The translations under genes were made by a program, and so were the position numbers. A model generated the notes under the pieces. The model was given only the letters and a program-made list of their open reading frames with translations, was not told where the DNA came from and searched no databases. A stretch of DNA of 64,000 bases from Diplonema japonicum. Its lineage: Eukaryota > Protista > Euglenozoa: Diplonemea. Shown piece after piece: positions 43,559 through 55,033 of the stretch. The number at the start of each line of letters is the position of its first letter. Position 1 is the first letter of the stretch. The stretch spans positions 1-64,000 of the forward strand of contig OZ025749.1 of NCBI GenBank assembly GCA_964019335.1, read 5' to 3'.

Positions 43559-45202
43559 ATGACGGAAGTAGCCTGTCCATGGCTGCCGCCCCTAGTGGAG
43601 CAGGTGAAACATAGGAATATGAGAATGACATTCCCATACGAGGTGCTGTTGCGGGACATCGCGGAGGCCCAGCAAGCAGTGGCGGCGAAAACAGAGGAGC
43701 TCGACGACCTCCGACAGCAAAAAAACGAGCTGCAAAGACAGGTCAGATCGGGCGTTGTGGCCGGACCCGGCTCCCAGAAGATTATAACAAGCCTGGAAGA
43801 CAAAATAAAAGATCTCGAAGCGCAACAACGCCGGTGGGTGGACGATGCAAGAGTTATTATAGACAGTCAAAAAGAAAAACGAGATCTTCAGGACACTGTC
43901 AGCGTGCTTCAAACCGATAACGCGAGTTTAAGAGCGGAAGCTGAAAGACTTCTCCCGTTCGAAAAAGAACATTCTGTCATGACCGACGAAGCGAAACTTC
44001 TTAGAGATGAACATACACAATTGGTGTCGGATCACGAGAAGCTTCTTCGGGAGAAGAAACAATTTTCCGACGAAAATTTAAGGCTTGCAGATTCAGCGAT
44101 GGAAACAAAACTGCTTCTCGCCGACAAAATGAACGAGGTTCTCGAGCTTGAAAAAAAAGTTAAGGAATTGTCAGAACAAATGAAAACCGGGTCGCATCAA
44201 AACCAATTGGAACAAACCCCGGATTGCTCGCGAACTGCAATGATGTCAATGTCCGGTGAACAAGATCAACAACGCCGGCAAGCAGCCCCGGTTCCATCTC
44301 AAATCGCTCGGAAAAAACAAAATTGCCATCAACACGACGTCAACGCAGTTGAAGTTTCACCACAATCTACATCCTTCGCCACCGGTTCATCCGATAAAGT
44401 TGTAAAAATCTGGGACCTCAACACGTTTGAAGAAAAGGCACAGCTTCGAGGCGCGGTTTCCGCGGTGCTCCGTTTGGGTTACAATACAACCGGTGATATT
44501 TTGGTAGGAGGTACATCCGATGGATCAGCTGTGGTTTGGAACGCGAGCTCCTCCCGGCACATGTTCTCGCTTTGCGGTCACACTCAAAAGATAACGGGAA
44601 TTTGCTTCGCGGACGACAAAACACTTTTAACATGCAGCGGAGATCGAACCATCCGCAAATGGGACATTCAACGTTCCGGTGCCTGCACGAAAACCACAAT
44701 GTGTTGGTCCAACTGCACCGACCTGACAACTGGTGGTGGAGGTGTCATTGCGTCATCTCATTACGACGGTGGAATTCGTTTCTGGGACACCCGAACTGTA
44801 AATAACATCGAAGAATTGAAAGGTGCTCACACACAAGCTGTTACTTCCGTGTGTTTTTCCCAATGCGGGAATAAAATCCTATCCACGTCGAGAGAAGGCG
44901 CTTTCAAATTGTGGGATATTCGTAACTACTCTGAAATGTGTAAGGTGCCGATCTCAGATTACAGTTCAATGCTGCTGACGCATAAGGCGTGTTTCGGGCA
45001 GGATGACCAATTGATCGCGGTCGGGGTGCTCACCGACTCCACCCGCGGGGTCGTTCAAATTTACAACAGTGTGGGGAAGCCCCGGATACGGTCCACTCTT
45101 GGAGACGGTCATGATAATCAGATATCGCAGGTTTCCTGGGCGCCTGATGGTTCCATGCTTTTGTCCGCTGGTCTTGATGGTGCGATTGCCGGGTGGCAGT
45201 GA
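43559..45202 (+). CDS. ATG16L: ATG16L-like protein (N-terminal helix, coiled coil, WD40 repeats)
   Basis: N-terminal W...QVKHRN (ATG5-binding-like helix), long coiled coil ending ADKMNE, and WD40s including DRTIRKWD and SSHYDGGIRFWD. Confidence 0.82.
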   Translation: MTEVACPWLPPLVEQVKHRNMRMTFPYEVLLRDIAEAQQAVAAKTEELDDLRQQKNELQRQVRSGVVAGPGSQKIITSLEDKIKDLEAQQRRWVDDARVIIDSQKEKRDLQDTVSVLQTDNASLRAEAERLLPFEKEHSVMTDEAKLLRDEHTQLVSDHEKLLREKKQFSDENLRLADSAMETKLLLADKMNEVLELEKKVKELSEQMKTGSHQNQLEQTPDCSRTAMMSMSGEQDQQRRQAAPVPSQIARKKQNCHQHDVNAVEVSPQSTSFATGSSDKVVKIWDLNTFEEKAQLRGAVSAVLRLGYNTTGDILVGGTSDGSAVVWNASSSRHMFSLCGHTQKITGICFADDKTLLTCSGDRTIRKWDIQRSGACTKTTMCWSNCTDLTTGGGGVIASSHYDGGIRFWDTRTVNNIEELKGAHTQAVTSVCFSQCGNKILSTSREGAFKLWDIRNYSEMCKVPISDYSSMLLTHKACFGQDDQLIAVGVLTDSTRGVVQIYNSVGKPRIRSTLGDGHDNQISQVSWAPDGSMLLSAGLDGAIAGWQ

Positions 45203-45360
45203 GTGGGGGGGAGGGGAGGGGGGGGTTTTGTTGCAATAGTGTCTTTTTTTTTTTTTTTATTTCTCCCATTTTTTTCTTTTTTTTTTTTCAGGAACAAAAA
45301 AAAAAAAAAAAAAAAAAAAAAAGTGTTTTCATTGCTAGCCCTTCTTTTTTTTTTTTTTAA

Positions 45361-46932
45361 CCATTAAAGGACGGGGGTTTTTGGGCAAAAAAAAGGTCAC
45401 CATCGACTTTTTTATTTTCTAAAATTAAAACATCCTCGAGCATGCAACCATAGAATGACGCTTGTGTAAAAGAAAATACATCACCCAGGAGGGACAAAAA
45501 CACCCCCAGACGCTCCTCAAAGGCCCTGGGAAGTGAATAGAATAAGGAATTGAAGTGAAATTTATTGTAAAAACCCACCCATATGTTAGACACTTCCTTA
45601 CTTTTTTCGCTTGGGCCTCGGAGTGCTAGGGGGGTTTTGCTTTTGGGACTTGGCTCAGATGACGACCTGGGGAGAAGGGTATGTGTTTGGAGACGCTGGT
45701 ACCTTAGGCGTTTCTTCGGTGTGGCCGGGCCTCCAGAGGGGGTAGATTGGGGTGGGTAAACCACTGGTTCGTGATAGTCCGTGGGCACAGATGCACAGTA
45801 CACGCCTTGCAAATGAAGATAGTTTGCACCCGGACCCCCAAAACACGCATGTGGTGTGTGCATTGTCTTGCTGCATCTAGTTTTTTGCCCCTCGGTCCCC
45901 ATTTCAGAACGGGTGCTTGCTGGGCGGTTGTTTCCGGACTGGCGCATGACAGTCAAAAAGCTGTTGTCGCTCATCGCGAACCCGTTATTGGGCCTGCCTG
46001 GGCCTACTTGCTTCTTCACTGAGGGCAAGATTAGGTACATTCTGGCGATTTTCTTCGGATTGTTTCCACCATTGACTAGACTTTCCTCGGATTGTTTCCA
46101 CCATAAACCCGATTCCCACATCTGTTGCCCGGTGCACAGCCTCACCTGTCCTCTTTGCAGGCTGGAATACTCTGAAGCGATGCCTACCGTGTGACTTGAT
46201 CATACTCTCATCAATGATCGATTCTCCGGGGGAATAGTGTTGCAGACAGGTAGGGGAGCAAGAATCTTATTTTTTGCAACCTGTCTGTCTCTTCACCCCT
46301 CCAAAATGCAACGACCGCTGTAAGCGCAAAAAGCAGCAACGTTTCATTACACTTGCCAAAAAAAAGGTGTGGCGAGGGCACAAATGGTCGGCCAGTAATC
46401 TTTTATGCCAGCCTTGCGGATGATGTCCATGAGCACCCACAAGGCCACAAACTGATAGATATCGTCCACAGTGAAGTCAAAGTCGGTGCAAAGAGATTTC
46501 ACAAACCCCATTGAGATGAACAGCTTGGAAATCCTTGATGCACTCATGTGGGAAAAGGGTGATTTCTGCCCCCCCTGTGCCCTGTCACTTCTTACGCGTA
46601 ACCTGCGTAATATCGCTCTCCCAGGGCATATTTTCACTCTTCTCGTCACTACTGGCGCTAGGTGAGGTCCCATCGTCAGTGAGAATGTCCCCTTGGGCAC
46701 TCCCGAACTCGTCTGAATCAGTACTGCTCATCTGAGCTTTCGTGCCACCAAAAACTGGTTTCGAGGGTGTTTTTGGAGGTTAATCTAGGGGCCAAAAGTG
46801 ATTTTCGATGGAAAAGAAATCGCGGAACTAGGTCATTCTGTGCAAGGATAAGGGTCTATGGTACTTAAAATGCCTATACAAAAATTTTAATTTTTTTGAT
46901 CGCTAGATATCTAGCGCTTCGTCCTTTAATGG
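45361..46932 (-). mobile_element. Decayed piggyBac transposon (1572 bp) with transposase pseudogene on the - strand
   Basis: TTAA TSDs and perfect 13-bp TIR CCATTAAAGGACG. Remnants FTVDDIYQFVAL..IKDYW, MKRCCFLRLQRSLHF and IIDESMIKSHGR..QPAK are interrupted by stops and frameshifts. Confidence 0.93.
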
Positions 46933-47487
46933 TTAAAAAAGTTTTTTTTATTGGTTCTCCTTGCCTTTTTTTTTTTTGTTCTTTTTTTTTTTCTCCCTTT
47001 GGGTTTTTTTTTTTTTTTTTTTTTTTTACTGTGCCCACACATTCAAAAAAAAAAAAAAAAAAAAAATAGAAAGAACAGAAAAGGAAGAAAAAAAAAAAAA
47101 AAAACAGCTTCTTCTCCCCCCTTCCTTTCCTCTCTTTCTTAAAAAACCCCCCTGTTTTTTTTTACTTGAGGGGTGTTTTTTTTTTTTAGTATGATGGTAA
47201 TTCACCCCACCCAATGAACGGCTCTCAAGTGGGGCTGTCTTTTTTTTTTATTTTACTGTAAAAAGAAAATGAAAAAAATATCGTCCGGTGAGTCAGGTCG
47301 ATATTTTTCACTTTCTACAGTATTTACAAACCCCCTTTTTTTCTTCTTCTTTTTTTTCCCCTTCCTCTTTCTGCATTTGCGTCTTGATAGGGGCGAGAGG
47401 GTGCATACACAGGCTCAAAAACCCACCCACCCCCCACATTTCTTTTTTTTTTTTTCCTTCTTTCTTATTCCCCCCTCTTTATTGTGC

Positions 47488-47518
<31 letters not shown>

Positions 47519-47707
47519 TTTCCCGCAATTTCTTCTTTTTTTCTATTCTGCCACTTGTTACAAAAAAACAAAAATCCACCTCTTAAAAAAAAACTCTTTT
47601 ATGTAAAATCGGTTTCTTCCCCCCCCCCCCCCCGTAATATTGTACCCCAAAAAAAAAAGGTTATCAACAACAAAAAAAAAAAAAAAAAAAAAAAACCCTA
47701 AAAAAAA

Positions 47708-48904
47708 ATGATGACATTTACCAAGACCGCGATGAGGGGCTCCCTTAGGCAGGTGAGGTTCTTGAACACCCCCCACGGTGGGAAGCTTGTGAACAAGATG
47801 GTGACGGACGCCGCCGAGAAGGAGGACCTGATCAAGCAGTGCGACGGCAGAGTTATCGAGCTGAACGAGAGGCAGTCCTGTGACACGGAGCTGATCACCA
47901 ACGGTGCATTCTCCCCTATCGAGGGTTACATGGCGGAAGGTGACTACAACTCAGTTGTTGAGGACATGAAGCTCGAGAGCGGCCACCTGTTCGGTCTCCC
48001 TGTCGTCCTTGACACCAACAGGAGCGACGTCAAGCCGGGCCAGAAGGTCTGCCTGACCTTCCAGGGCAAGCCCATGGCTGTCATGGATGTGTCCTCCAAG
48101 TGGAAGCCCAACAAGGTCAAGGAGTGCAAGTCTTTGTACGGAACCTCCGAGCTTGAGCACCCCGGTGCCCTCATGGTTGCATGTGAAAGGGGTGAATTCT
48201 ACATGGGTGGTGAGCTTCAGGGTCTGTCTACCCCTGTCAGGGACTTCCCTTGCGCGACCCCTGCTGAGGTTCGTGAAATGCTCCCCGACGACAAGGATGT
48301 CGTGGCCTTCCAGTGCAGGAACCCCGTCCACAGGGCTCACTACGAGTTGTTCACCCGTGCTCTTGACGCTCCCAATGTGTGCGAGGGTGGTATCGTGCTT
48401 GTTCACCCCACCTGTGGTCCTACCCAGGCGGACGACATCCCGGGGAACGTGAGGTACGAGACCTACAAGGTGCTGAAGGCGGAGACGGCGAACCCGAGGG
48501 TGCAGTGGGCTTACCTTCCTTACAGCATGCACATGGCTGGTCCCAGGGAGGCCATCCAGCACATGCTCTTGAGGAAGAACTACGGGTGCACCCACTTCAT
48601 CATCGGTAGAGACATGGCTGGGTCCAAGTCATCCATCACCGGTGAGGACTACTACGGTGCCTACGACGCGCAGGAGTTCGCGGCCAAGCACGGCCCCGAG
48701 CTTGGTATGCAGACTGTTCCCTCGTTGAACCTTGTGTACACTGAGGAGGGGTACCTTACCGCTGATGACGCCAAGGAGAAGGGTCTTAAGCCGCTTAAGC
48801 TTTCTGGTACTGAGTTCCGCAGGAAGCTCCGTGCTGGTGAGGACATCCCTGAGTGGTTCGCGTTCAAGTCCGTTGTTGAGGTTCTCCGTGCGGCCCAGAA
48901 GTGA
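47708..48904 (+). CDS. sat: ATP sulfurylase (sulfate adenylyltransferase) with presequence-like N-terminus
   Basis: PHGGKLV, GAFSPIEGYM, AFQCRNPVHRAH, AGPREAIQH, RKNYGCTHFIIGRDMAG and SGTEFR. Confidence 0.96.
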   Translation: MMTFTKTAMRGSLRQVRFLNTPHGGKLVNKMVTDAAEKEDLIKQCDGRVIELNERQSCDTELITNGAFSPIEGYMAEGDYNSVVEDMKLESGHLFGLPVVLDTNRSDVKPGQKVCLTFQGKPMAVMDVSSKWKPNKVKECKSLYGTSELEHPGALMVACERGEFYMGGELQGLSTPVRDFPCATPAEVREMLPDDKDVVAFQCRNPVHRAHYELFTRALDAPNVCEGGIVLVHPTCGPTQADDIPGNVRYETYKVLKAETANPRVQWAYLPYSMHMAGPREAIQHMLLRKNYGCTHFIIGRDMAGSKSSITGEDYYGAYDAQEFAAKHGPELGMQTVPSLNLVYTEEGYLTADDAKEKGLKPLKLSGTEFRRKLRAGEDIPEWFAFKSVVEVLRAAQK

Positions 48905-48983
48905 GCCTGACATCAAGGGGTAGGGGTGGGTATTTTTTTTTATTTTTATTTTCCCAATCCGCGGTGCATCACGTGATTATGTG

Positions 48984-49029
<46 letters not shown>

Positions 49030-49617
49030 AGTGTTTTTGTTTTATCAAAATGTTTTTTTTTTTTTTTTTTTTTTTCCTGGTTTATCTTCTCCCCCCCCCC
49101 TGTTCTTGTTAAAACCTTCTTTTTTTTTTTTTTCGATGCCTTATTTCTTTTATATTTTTTCATTTTTTCCCCCCTGTCTTTTTATCTTCTTTTTTCGAGA
49201 AAAAGTAAAGCACAAAAGTAAACAAATCGGAAAAAAAAAAAAGTATAATAAAAAAAAAAGGCTGTTTTTATTTTTTTTTCTTTCCCTTTTTCAAAGGTGG
49301 GGGGGGGGGTCAAGAAAAGATCACAAAAAATGAATCAAAAAAAAGGGCGACGTGCCAAAAAGAAGAAGGTGGAAAAAAAAAAAAGAAAAGAAAAAAAGGA
49401 ATAGGGTATTTTTCCATTCCTTTTTTTTTTTTATTTTTTCCCTTCTTTTCGCCGTTCCGCTGGGGTTTCCCCCCCCCTTCCTTTTTTGTTTTTTTTTTCT
49501 TCCCCCCCCACCTTTTTTATTTATTTCTTCAAAAAACAGTCCAAACAAAAAAACACAAAAAAAAAAGGCTATGAAAAGAAAACAAGAAAATCGTTGAAAA
49601 CAAAAAAAAAAAAAAAA

Positions 49618-51588
49618 ATGGCCTGCGGTACTGCATGTGTAGCGGTAATCCTGATCATAACGGTCCTGCTATTGGTGATAGCGGTCCTGGCCCTAAGGTG
49701 GAAAAAAGCACAAGATCAAGAAACACAAGAGGAGTGGAGCGACAAGGAAGCAAGGCTCCTCCTGGAAGGCGACCCCACCATGCCCGACCCAGAGCTGGGA
49801 GAAACCACTATTTCCATGGAAGATGTGGAAATAGGCCGCAACGGGGAACGGCTTAAGCTAAACGCATCACACATCGACGAAGGATGGGAAAGCGGAGTAG
49901 TAATCCACCCCGAACCAGGGGGCATCGCCAGCCGCCACCACATCGCACCAGGCATCCTTCTTGAAATCAATGAAACCCCCATTAACTCTGTTCATGACGT
50001 AAAAGAAACCTTGAAAAACCTCTCAGCAAGCCAAGCTTCTCACATCACTCTGAAAACCCGCCCTTGCGCGGTTGTATCTAAAGAAGGCACGGTTATATAC
50101 CATGTTAGAAAGCACAATGTTAAAACCCCGTTGGGGTTGGACCTGGAAAATATCGGTTTTGCCGTGTTCATCAAATCTGTAACGAAAGGTTCCCCTGCAC
50201 AACTTCACGGTGTCCGCCCAGGGAAGCTTCTTTCCGTTAACAAAAAAGAAGTTTTCGACAAGGAGACAGCTTTAAAGGTTTTGAAGGCAGGGCAGAATTC
50301 AGGAAGCACATTGGTAACCCTCACGATGGACGACCCAGATGCATCATCTGAAGGCGAACCCGAACCGCAAATTACAACGGAAATTATAAACCCGCGAGAT
50401 GTTCCTGGGTTGGGGTTTGTCGCGGTAACACGAGGATCGGGTGCTTACATCGCAACAAACCCTCAAAAAGGTTCTGGTTTTGAAAAAGCCGGGGTTTTAA
50501 AAGACGCAAGGATCCTGTCAATCGGAGGACAGCCGATCGAAAAAGCAGAGGACATCTCAAAGGCCCTGCAACGTGTTAAAGTATACGAACAAGGATTCCC
50601 GTTGACGTTCGCCAATCCTGTAAATCCGATGAAAGAACCTATACCCCCACCACCGCAGCTGCAATCGTATATTTACAATACCTGCAATTCTGAAAACGCC
50701 TCGTTCGCGCATCCTCCTCGTCCGACGGATGATCAAGACCCGGAAGAATACAGCGTCGGACCACCACGTCTCGCGCCTGTCGTGAAAGGAAAAATCGAAT
50801 TTGACGGAACCCACCATCCCCCAATGCTCGCATCAGCTTCCGAATCTGGTTCAGTTCGGTACGGCCAGGCAAGTTTCAACAACCTTCGCAACCAATCTGC
50901 GGTGACTTTCGATGACAAAACACATGATGAAGACGACGAGGAAGACGGTCGCAGCGGTGCCCCGGGATCTCCAAAACTAGCAGAATGGCAGCCCGTGGTC
51001 GGGATGCACGTTAAAACCCGACCGAAATCGAAGGTTGGCCGATACTCTGAAGCGCAAAAACCAAAAGCCGGGTGCAAAGCTATCGTTAGAAAAGTTATCA
51101 TGCAACGCAGGGAGGACGGGGACCAAACATACGTATACCTCGGTTTCAAAAAGGGTACCATGACATGGCGCTGGGAAGACTGTTCCTGTGTCCAGCATCG
51201 ACTGGAATACACGAACCTTCTCCGCCCCACCGGCTGCGACAAATGCGAAAAGCTCATGTGGGCCATTTTAAACCGTGACGCGGCTTACATTTGCGTCGAC
51301 TGTCGAAACCGTTATCACAAGGCCTGCGGGCGTTCTTTGGTCAACAAGGGTGGTGCGGCGATTTACGACCCCGAGAAGGACGCTCCTGGGCCGAGCATTG
51401 ACTCTGAAGAGCCTGTACTGTCTGAAGAGGAGCAGGCGCGAACGGATGTTATGCAGTGCGACAACGATTTGCGACACGAGGCCGTGGCGCTCGCAGGCGG
51501 GAGGGACCTCTGGCGCGACAAGCTATCGTGGAAGGAACGGCTTTCATTCATCAAAAAAGTTGAGATACAAAGGTCGGGGTCTGTGTGA
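49618..51588 (+). CDS. Single-pass membrane protein with three PDZ-like domains and a C1 (DAG/phorbol-type) zinc finger
   Basis: N-terminal TM; PDZ-like SVTKGSPAQLHGV..LLSVN and two similar units; C1 pattern H..L.RPTGCDKC...YICVDC...HKAC. Confidence 0.78.
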   Translation: MACGTACVAVILIITVLLLVIAVLALRWKKAQDQETQEEWSDKEARLLLEGDPTMPDPELGETTISMEDVEIGRNGERLKLNASHIDEGWESGVVIHPEPGGIASRHHIAPGILLEINETPINSVHDVKETLKNLSASQASHITLKTRPCAVVSKEGTVIYHVRKHNVKTPLGLDLENIGFAVFIKSVTKGSPAQLHGVRPGKLLSVNKKEVFDKETALKVLKAGQNSGSTLVTLTMDDPDASSEGEPEPQITTEIINPRDVPGLGFVAVTRGSGAYIATNPQKGSGFEKAGVLKDARILSIGGQPIEKAEDISKALQRVKVYEQGFPLTFANPVNPMKEPIPPPPQLQSYIYNTCNSENASFAHPPRPTDDQDPEEYSVGPPRLAPVVKGKIEFDGTHHPPMLASASESGSVRYGQASFNNLRNQSAVTFDDKTHDEDDEEDGRSGAPGSPKLAEWQPVVGMHVKTRPKSKVGRYSEAQKPKAGCKAIVRKVIMQRREDGDQTYVYLGFKKGTMTWRWEDCSCVQHRLEYTNLLRPTGCDKCEKLMWAILNRDAAYICVDCRNRYHKACGRSLVNKGGAAIYDPEKDAPGPSIDSEEPVLSEEEQARTDVMQCDNDLRHEAVALAGGRDLWRDKLSWKERLSFIKKVEIQRSGSV

Positions 51589-51624
51589 CAAAAAAAAAAA
51601 AAAAAAAAAAAAAAATGTTTATAA

Positions 51625-53396
51625 CCCCTAAACGCCCGCGCGGACGTTTTTGTCCTTATTTCAAAATTTGCTTTTTCGCTAAGTACTTTTTTTTGAACAC
51701 GGCCCCTGGACTTCAAAATATGGCATTGTTGCGCGGTTTATTTTGTCTCGGAACTACATTTTGCGTTAAAAGTTTTGTTTTAATTGAAATCGGCAGGGTT
51801 GGCTTAAAATGAAATCAGATGGTCAAAATAGCAGCGAAAACGTGAGTCTCCCCCGACTGGTCAGAAAAAGAAGAAAAAGACGATGAGGCGGTCAAAGAGG
51901 GACCGGAAACGATGCTTGGGTGGGAGAAATACTCCCAAAGGCCCGAAATATATCATTTCCGTGAAAAGGTGGGCTTAGGACACCTCTAGGTGAAGCGGCC
52001 AATGAGGAGGGTGTTTTTAATCTTTTTTTTTACACACGCAGTCCTTGAGCGCATAGTTTCTTCCACGAACGGTCGTTTCGGTTCAAAAAAACAGCGGAAT
52101 CTGAATCCTTCCATCCCAGAGTACAAAATTTGGCTTGGGTTGGTCCTGTTAATGGGTTTACGCTCGGCACCGAATATGAAGAGCTACTGGACAACAAATT
52201 CTAATTTAACCATCCCGGCTTTTGAGAAAATGAGGAAACCGATTCGTTGACATACAGCGCCGACCTTTGACAACCTGGAAACATCAGTAAGGCCTGAAAC
52301 TGCACCTCATGCGTAGGTTTCTTGACATCATTGCCAACCGGTGTAGGACTGTGCGGACCCCTGGCAAGTGGTTGTCTGTTGACGACAGTGTTATCCCGAC
52401 AACAATAAAAGTCATGGAACCACGAAAAAACAACTCGGTGGGCATCAAGGTAGTCGCCACATGCGACTCATAAAACTGTTACCTGGCGAATTTCAACATT
52501 TTCAGCAAGAAGTCCACAACACAGGACCTAGTCATGCGTGCTGTCGACTCCTAAGGGTTTGCTGTCGACCCCTGACCGGCAAGACCAGCTCCAGGGGACT
52601 GGAGTTCGGCATATGAAAACCCGGAAGTGGACCATGGTCGTTTTTTATTGGGTCCTGGAAAGCTGTGTTGCCAACTCCTCCATAATCAGGAAGAAGAGCA
52701 AGGAATGTGGCAAAAATTATGGCTTCCCGAGCTTCAAAGAAGAACTTGTTGGCAAGCTTCTCACCCATGCCCCAAAAACCGATAGCACACACCCCCGACA
52801 ACACCGTCACCGACCCCCAAGCGCAAACACGCTAGCAATGAGGATTCCCTCACTCAGAAATACCCAAAACGTCTCGATTTGACCCTAAATCACACCTCCG
52901 AGACCATGATGAACGGAACGAAGGTGAGGAGGGTGCTCTGTGCTGTTCCTGGGTGCGGGAAGAAGGTGCAAACGTGGTGCCCCTGTTGCAAAACCCCCTC
53001 GTGTTTTTTACCCTTGCATGCTACCCCAGCTGGAAAAAAAACTCACAAGTTGCTTTTTTCATCCCACAGCCCCAAAAAGTCTCCAGACTGACCTCAATCC
53101 TAGAGTTCAGGGCACCAAATAGGGCTGAATGCTGCCCTATTTAGCCCAGCCATAACTCCACGGACCCCCCACGACAAGACCCCCCAAAATCGGACATAAA
53201 AAGTACCCCCTCAACCCCCCTCTTACACACATAGTTAAGTGTTCTCATCTGAATCTGGCACCTGGAATTGAAAATTTTAGTACCGTTTACCCTTTCCTTG
53301 CACCTTCCTATGGTTGCATGCTGCCCTTTTTTTGAGTATTCAAAGCAACAACGAAAATGGGGGGGGTACCGTAGATAGGCTCCGGGCGTTTAGGGG
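51625..53396 (+). mobile_element. Decayed piggyBac transposon (1772 bp) with ATAA target duplication
   Basis: Perfect 14-bp TIR CCCCTAAACGCCCG with ATAA on both sides. Remnants EYKIWLGLVLLMG..KSYW, LSVDDSVIP, RKWTMVVFYWVL..VANS and a Cys-rich tail CAVPGC..TWCPCC. Confidence 0.93.
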
Positions 53397-53506
53397 ATAA
53401 AAAAAAAAAAAAAAAAAATAGAATTTTTTTTTTTTATTCCCCCCAAAAAAAAATTTTTTCAAAAAAAAAAAAAAAAAAAAAAAAAAAGTGGGGGACAAAA
53501 AAAAAA

Positions 53507-55033
53507 ATGTCAGCAACCCGCCTGAACACCTTGGAATCACACATCACACCCGTGAGGGTGGGGTACCAAGACGTCACTGAACAGCTGGAAAACGTACAAT
53601 GCAGCGTTGTGCAAGGCGAGGTGCCCTCGTGGATCGCAGGGAGTGTGTACAGGCAAGCAGGCGGCGCTTTTATGTCAGAGAAAGCAACAATGCTGGACGC
53701 CCTGGCCCACGTCGCTTCCTGGAAAATATCGAACGGCACCGTAACATTCACGAACAAGTTCCTCGACACAGAAGGATACAGGGCAATGAAGGCCACCGGC
53801 ATAAAAGGCTGGGCTGGTACCGTTAAATCAGAAGGGTACAACGAAAAAAAAGTGAGAGAATCCGGAAAATCAGCCAAAACAAAGACCAACCCAAACGTGA
53901 ACTTCTGGGTTTTCGGAAAAAACCAAATCGCCGCTTCATCTGAGTTTCCTCAAGGCGAGTGCTTGCTCTTCGACCCTGACACACTGGAATCGGTCAAAAC
54001 AGTAAAACCCCTCCCTGGCGCGAACCCCATGAACAAGGAAACCGGTTTCACATTCACAACACCAGCACACTTTGTTCACAACAGCAATGCAAAAGGTGAT
54101 TACCATTTTGGAACGTATCTGAGGATGAAGGATCTTTCGGGTAAAGCGGAGACGGGGTACAAGGTTTTTAAAGGAAAAGAAGCTTGTGAAACAATGGACA
54201 CATTGGTCCTGCAAGAATTCGATTGGGGGCAACGAGATTGTTTAAAGTTTGATGAAAAAAACCTGCCGTCTTACATGCACGCGGTGGGGGAGAGTAACAG
54301 GTACGTGGTGGGCTTGGAGCCGTCGAAGAAAATCCGTTTCGATCGGTTGAACAAAAAAGGATTCGGTTTTTTTGAAATGTACACTATGCGAAAAGGATGC
54401 GGGGTCTCCTTCGCAATCTTCGACAAGAAAACAGAAAAATTCATTGGCCGTGCGATGTGCCCTGGCAGAGTAGGAATGATGTTCCATGTTGCAAACTGCT
54501 ATGACGACGATAACGGGTCAATCTGCCTCACCACAACTTTCTCTTCAACAGATGCGTTCGACGACAGTTCACCGGAGATACAAAAATCTACTCAAGGGCT
54601 GTGCAGATTCACCATCAATGTGGAATCTCTGAGAGTTGTACAGTCCGAACTAATCACTACAAAGATTATCGAATTTCCTACAGTTAATCCGGCATACCTT
54701 TCCCGTCCTGCAAGGTTCGTGTATGGTGTTGGGATTGTCAAGAATGGCTTCACAATTCTGAGATTTGACACGGAAACTTCTGAGCATTGCGAGTGGTCGC
54801 CGCCTGCTAACACAGTGGCATCGGAGCCTGTGTTCGTCCCGAGAGGTGGTGGGGAGTTAGGTGGTGTGCTCGTCGTTCCTTCCATCAATGTGAGGGACAA
54901 CCACTCCAGTTTGATCTTTGTGGACCCGTCTTCTATGGGAACAGTGGCGGTGGTCCGGAACCCTATCATGGTCAATTTTGGTTTGCACAACCTTTACGTA
55001 CCCGATGGGGAATCGTTTTCTATTAAGTGCTGA
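53507..55033 (+). CDS. Carotenoid cleavage oxygenase (RPE65/BCO/CCD family)
   Basis: GEVPSWIAGSVYR; four Fe-ligand His contexts (PAHF, YMHA, FHVAN, GLHN); EFPTVNP and SEPVFVP. Confidence 0.92.
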   Translation: MSATRLNTLESHITPVRVGYQDVTEQLENVQCSVVQGEVPSWIAGSVYRQAGGAFMSEKATMLDALAHVASWKISNGTVTFTNKFLDTEGYRAMKATGIKGWAGTVKSEGYNEKKVRESGKSAKTKTNPNVNFWVFGKNQIAASSEFPQGECLLFDPDTLESVKTVKPLPGANPMNKETGFTFTTPAHFVHNSNAKGDYHFGTYLRMKDLSGKAETGYKVFKGKEACETMDTLVLQEFDWGQRDCLKFDEKNLPSYMHAVGESNRYVVGLEPSKKIRFDRLNKKGFGFFEMYTMRKGCGVSFAIFDKKTEKFIGRAMCPGRVGMMFHVANCYDDDNGSICLTTTFSSTDAFDDSSPEIQKSTQGLCRFTINVESLRVVQSELITTKIIEFPTVNPAYLSRPARFVYGVGIVKNGFTILRFDTETSEHCEWSPPANTVASEPVFVPRGGGELGGVLVVPSINVRDNHSSLIFVDPSSMGTVAVVRNPIMVNFGLHNLYVPDGESFSIKC

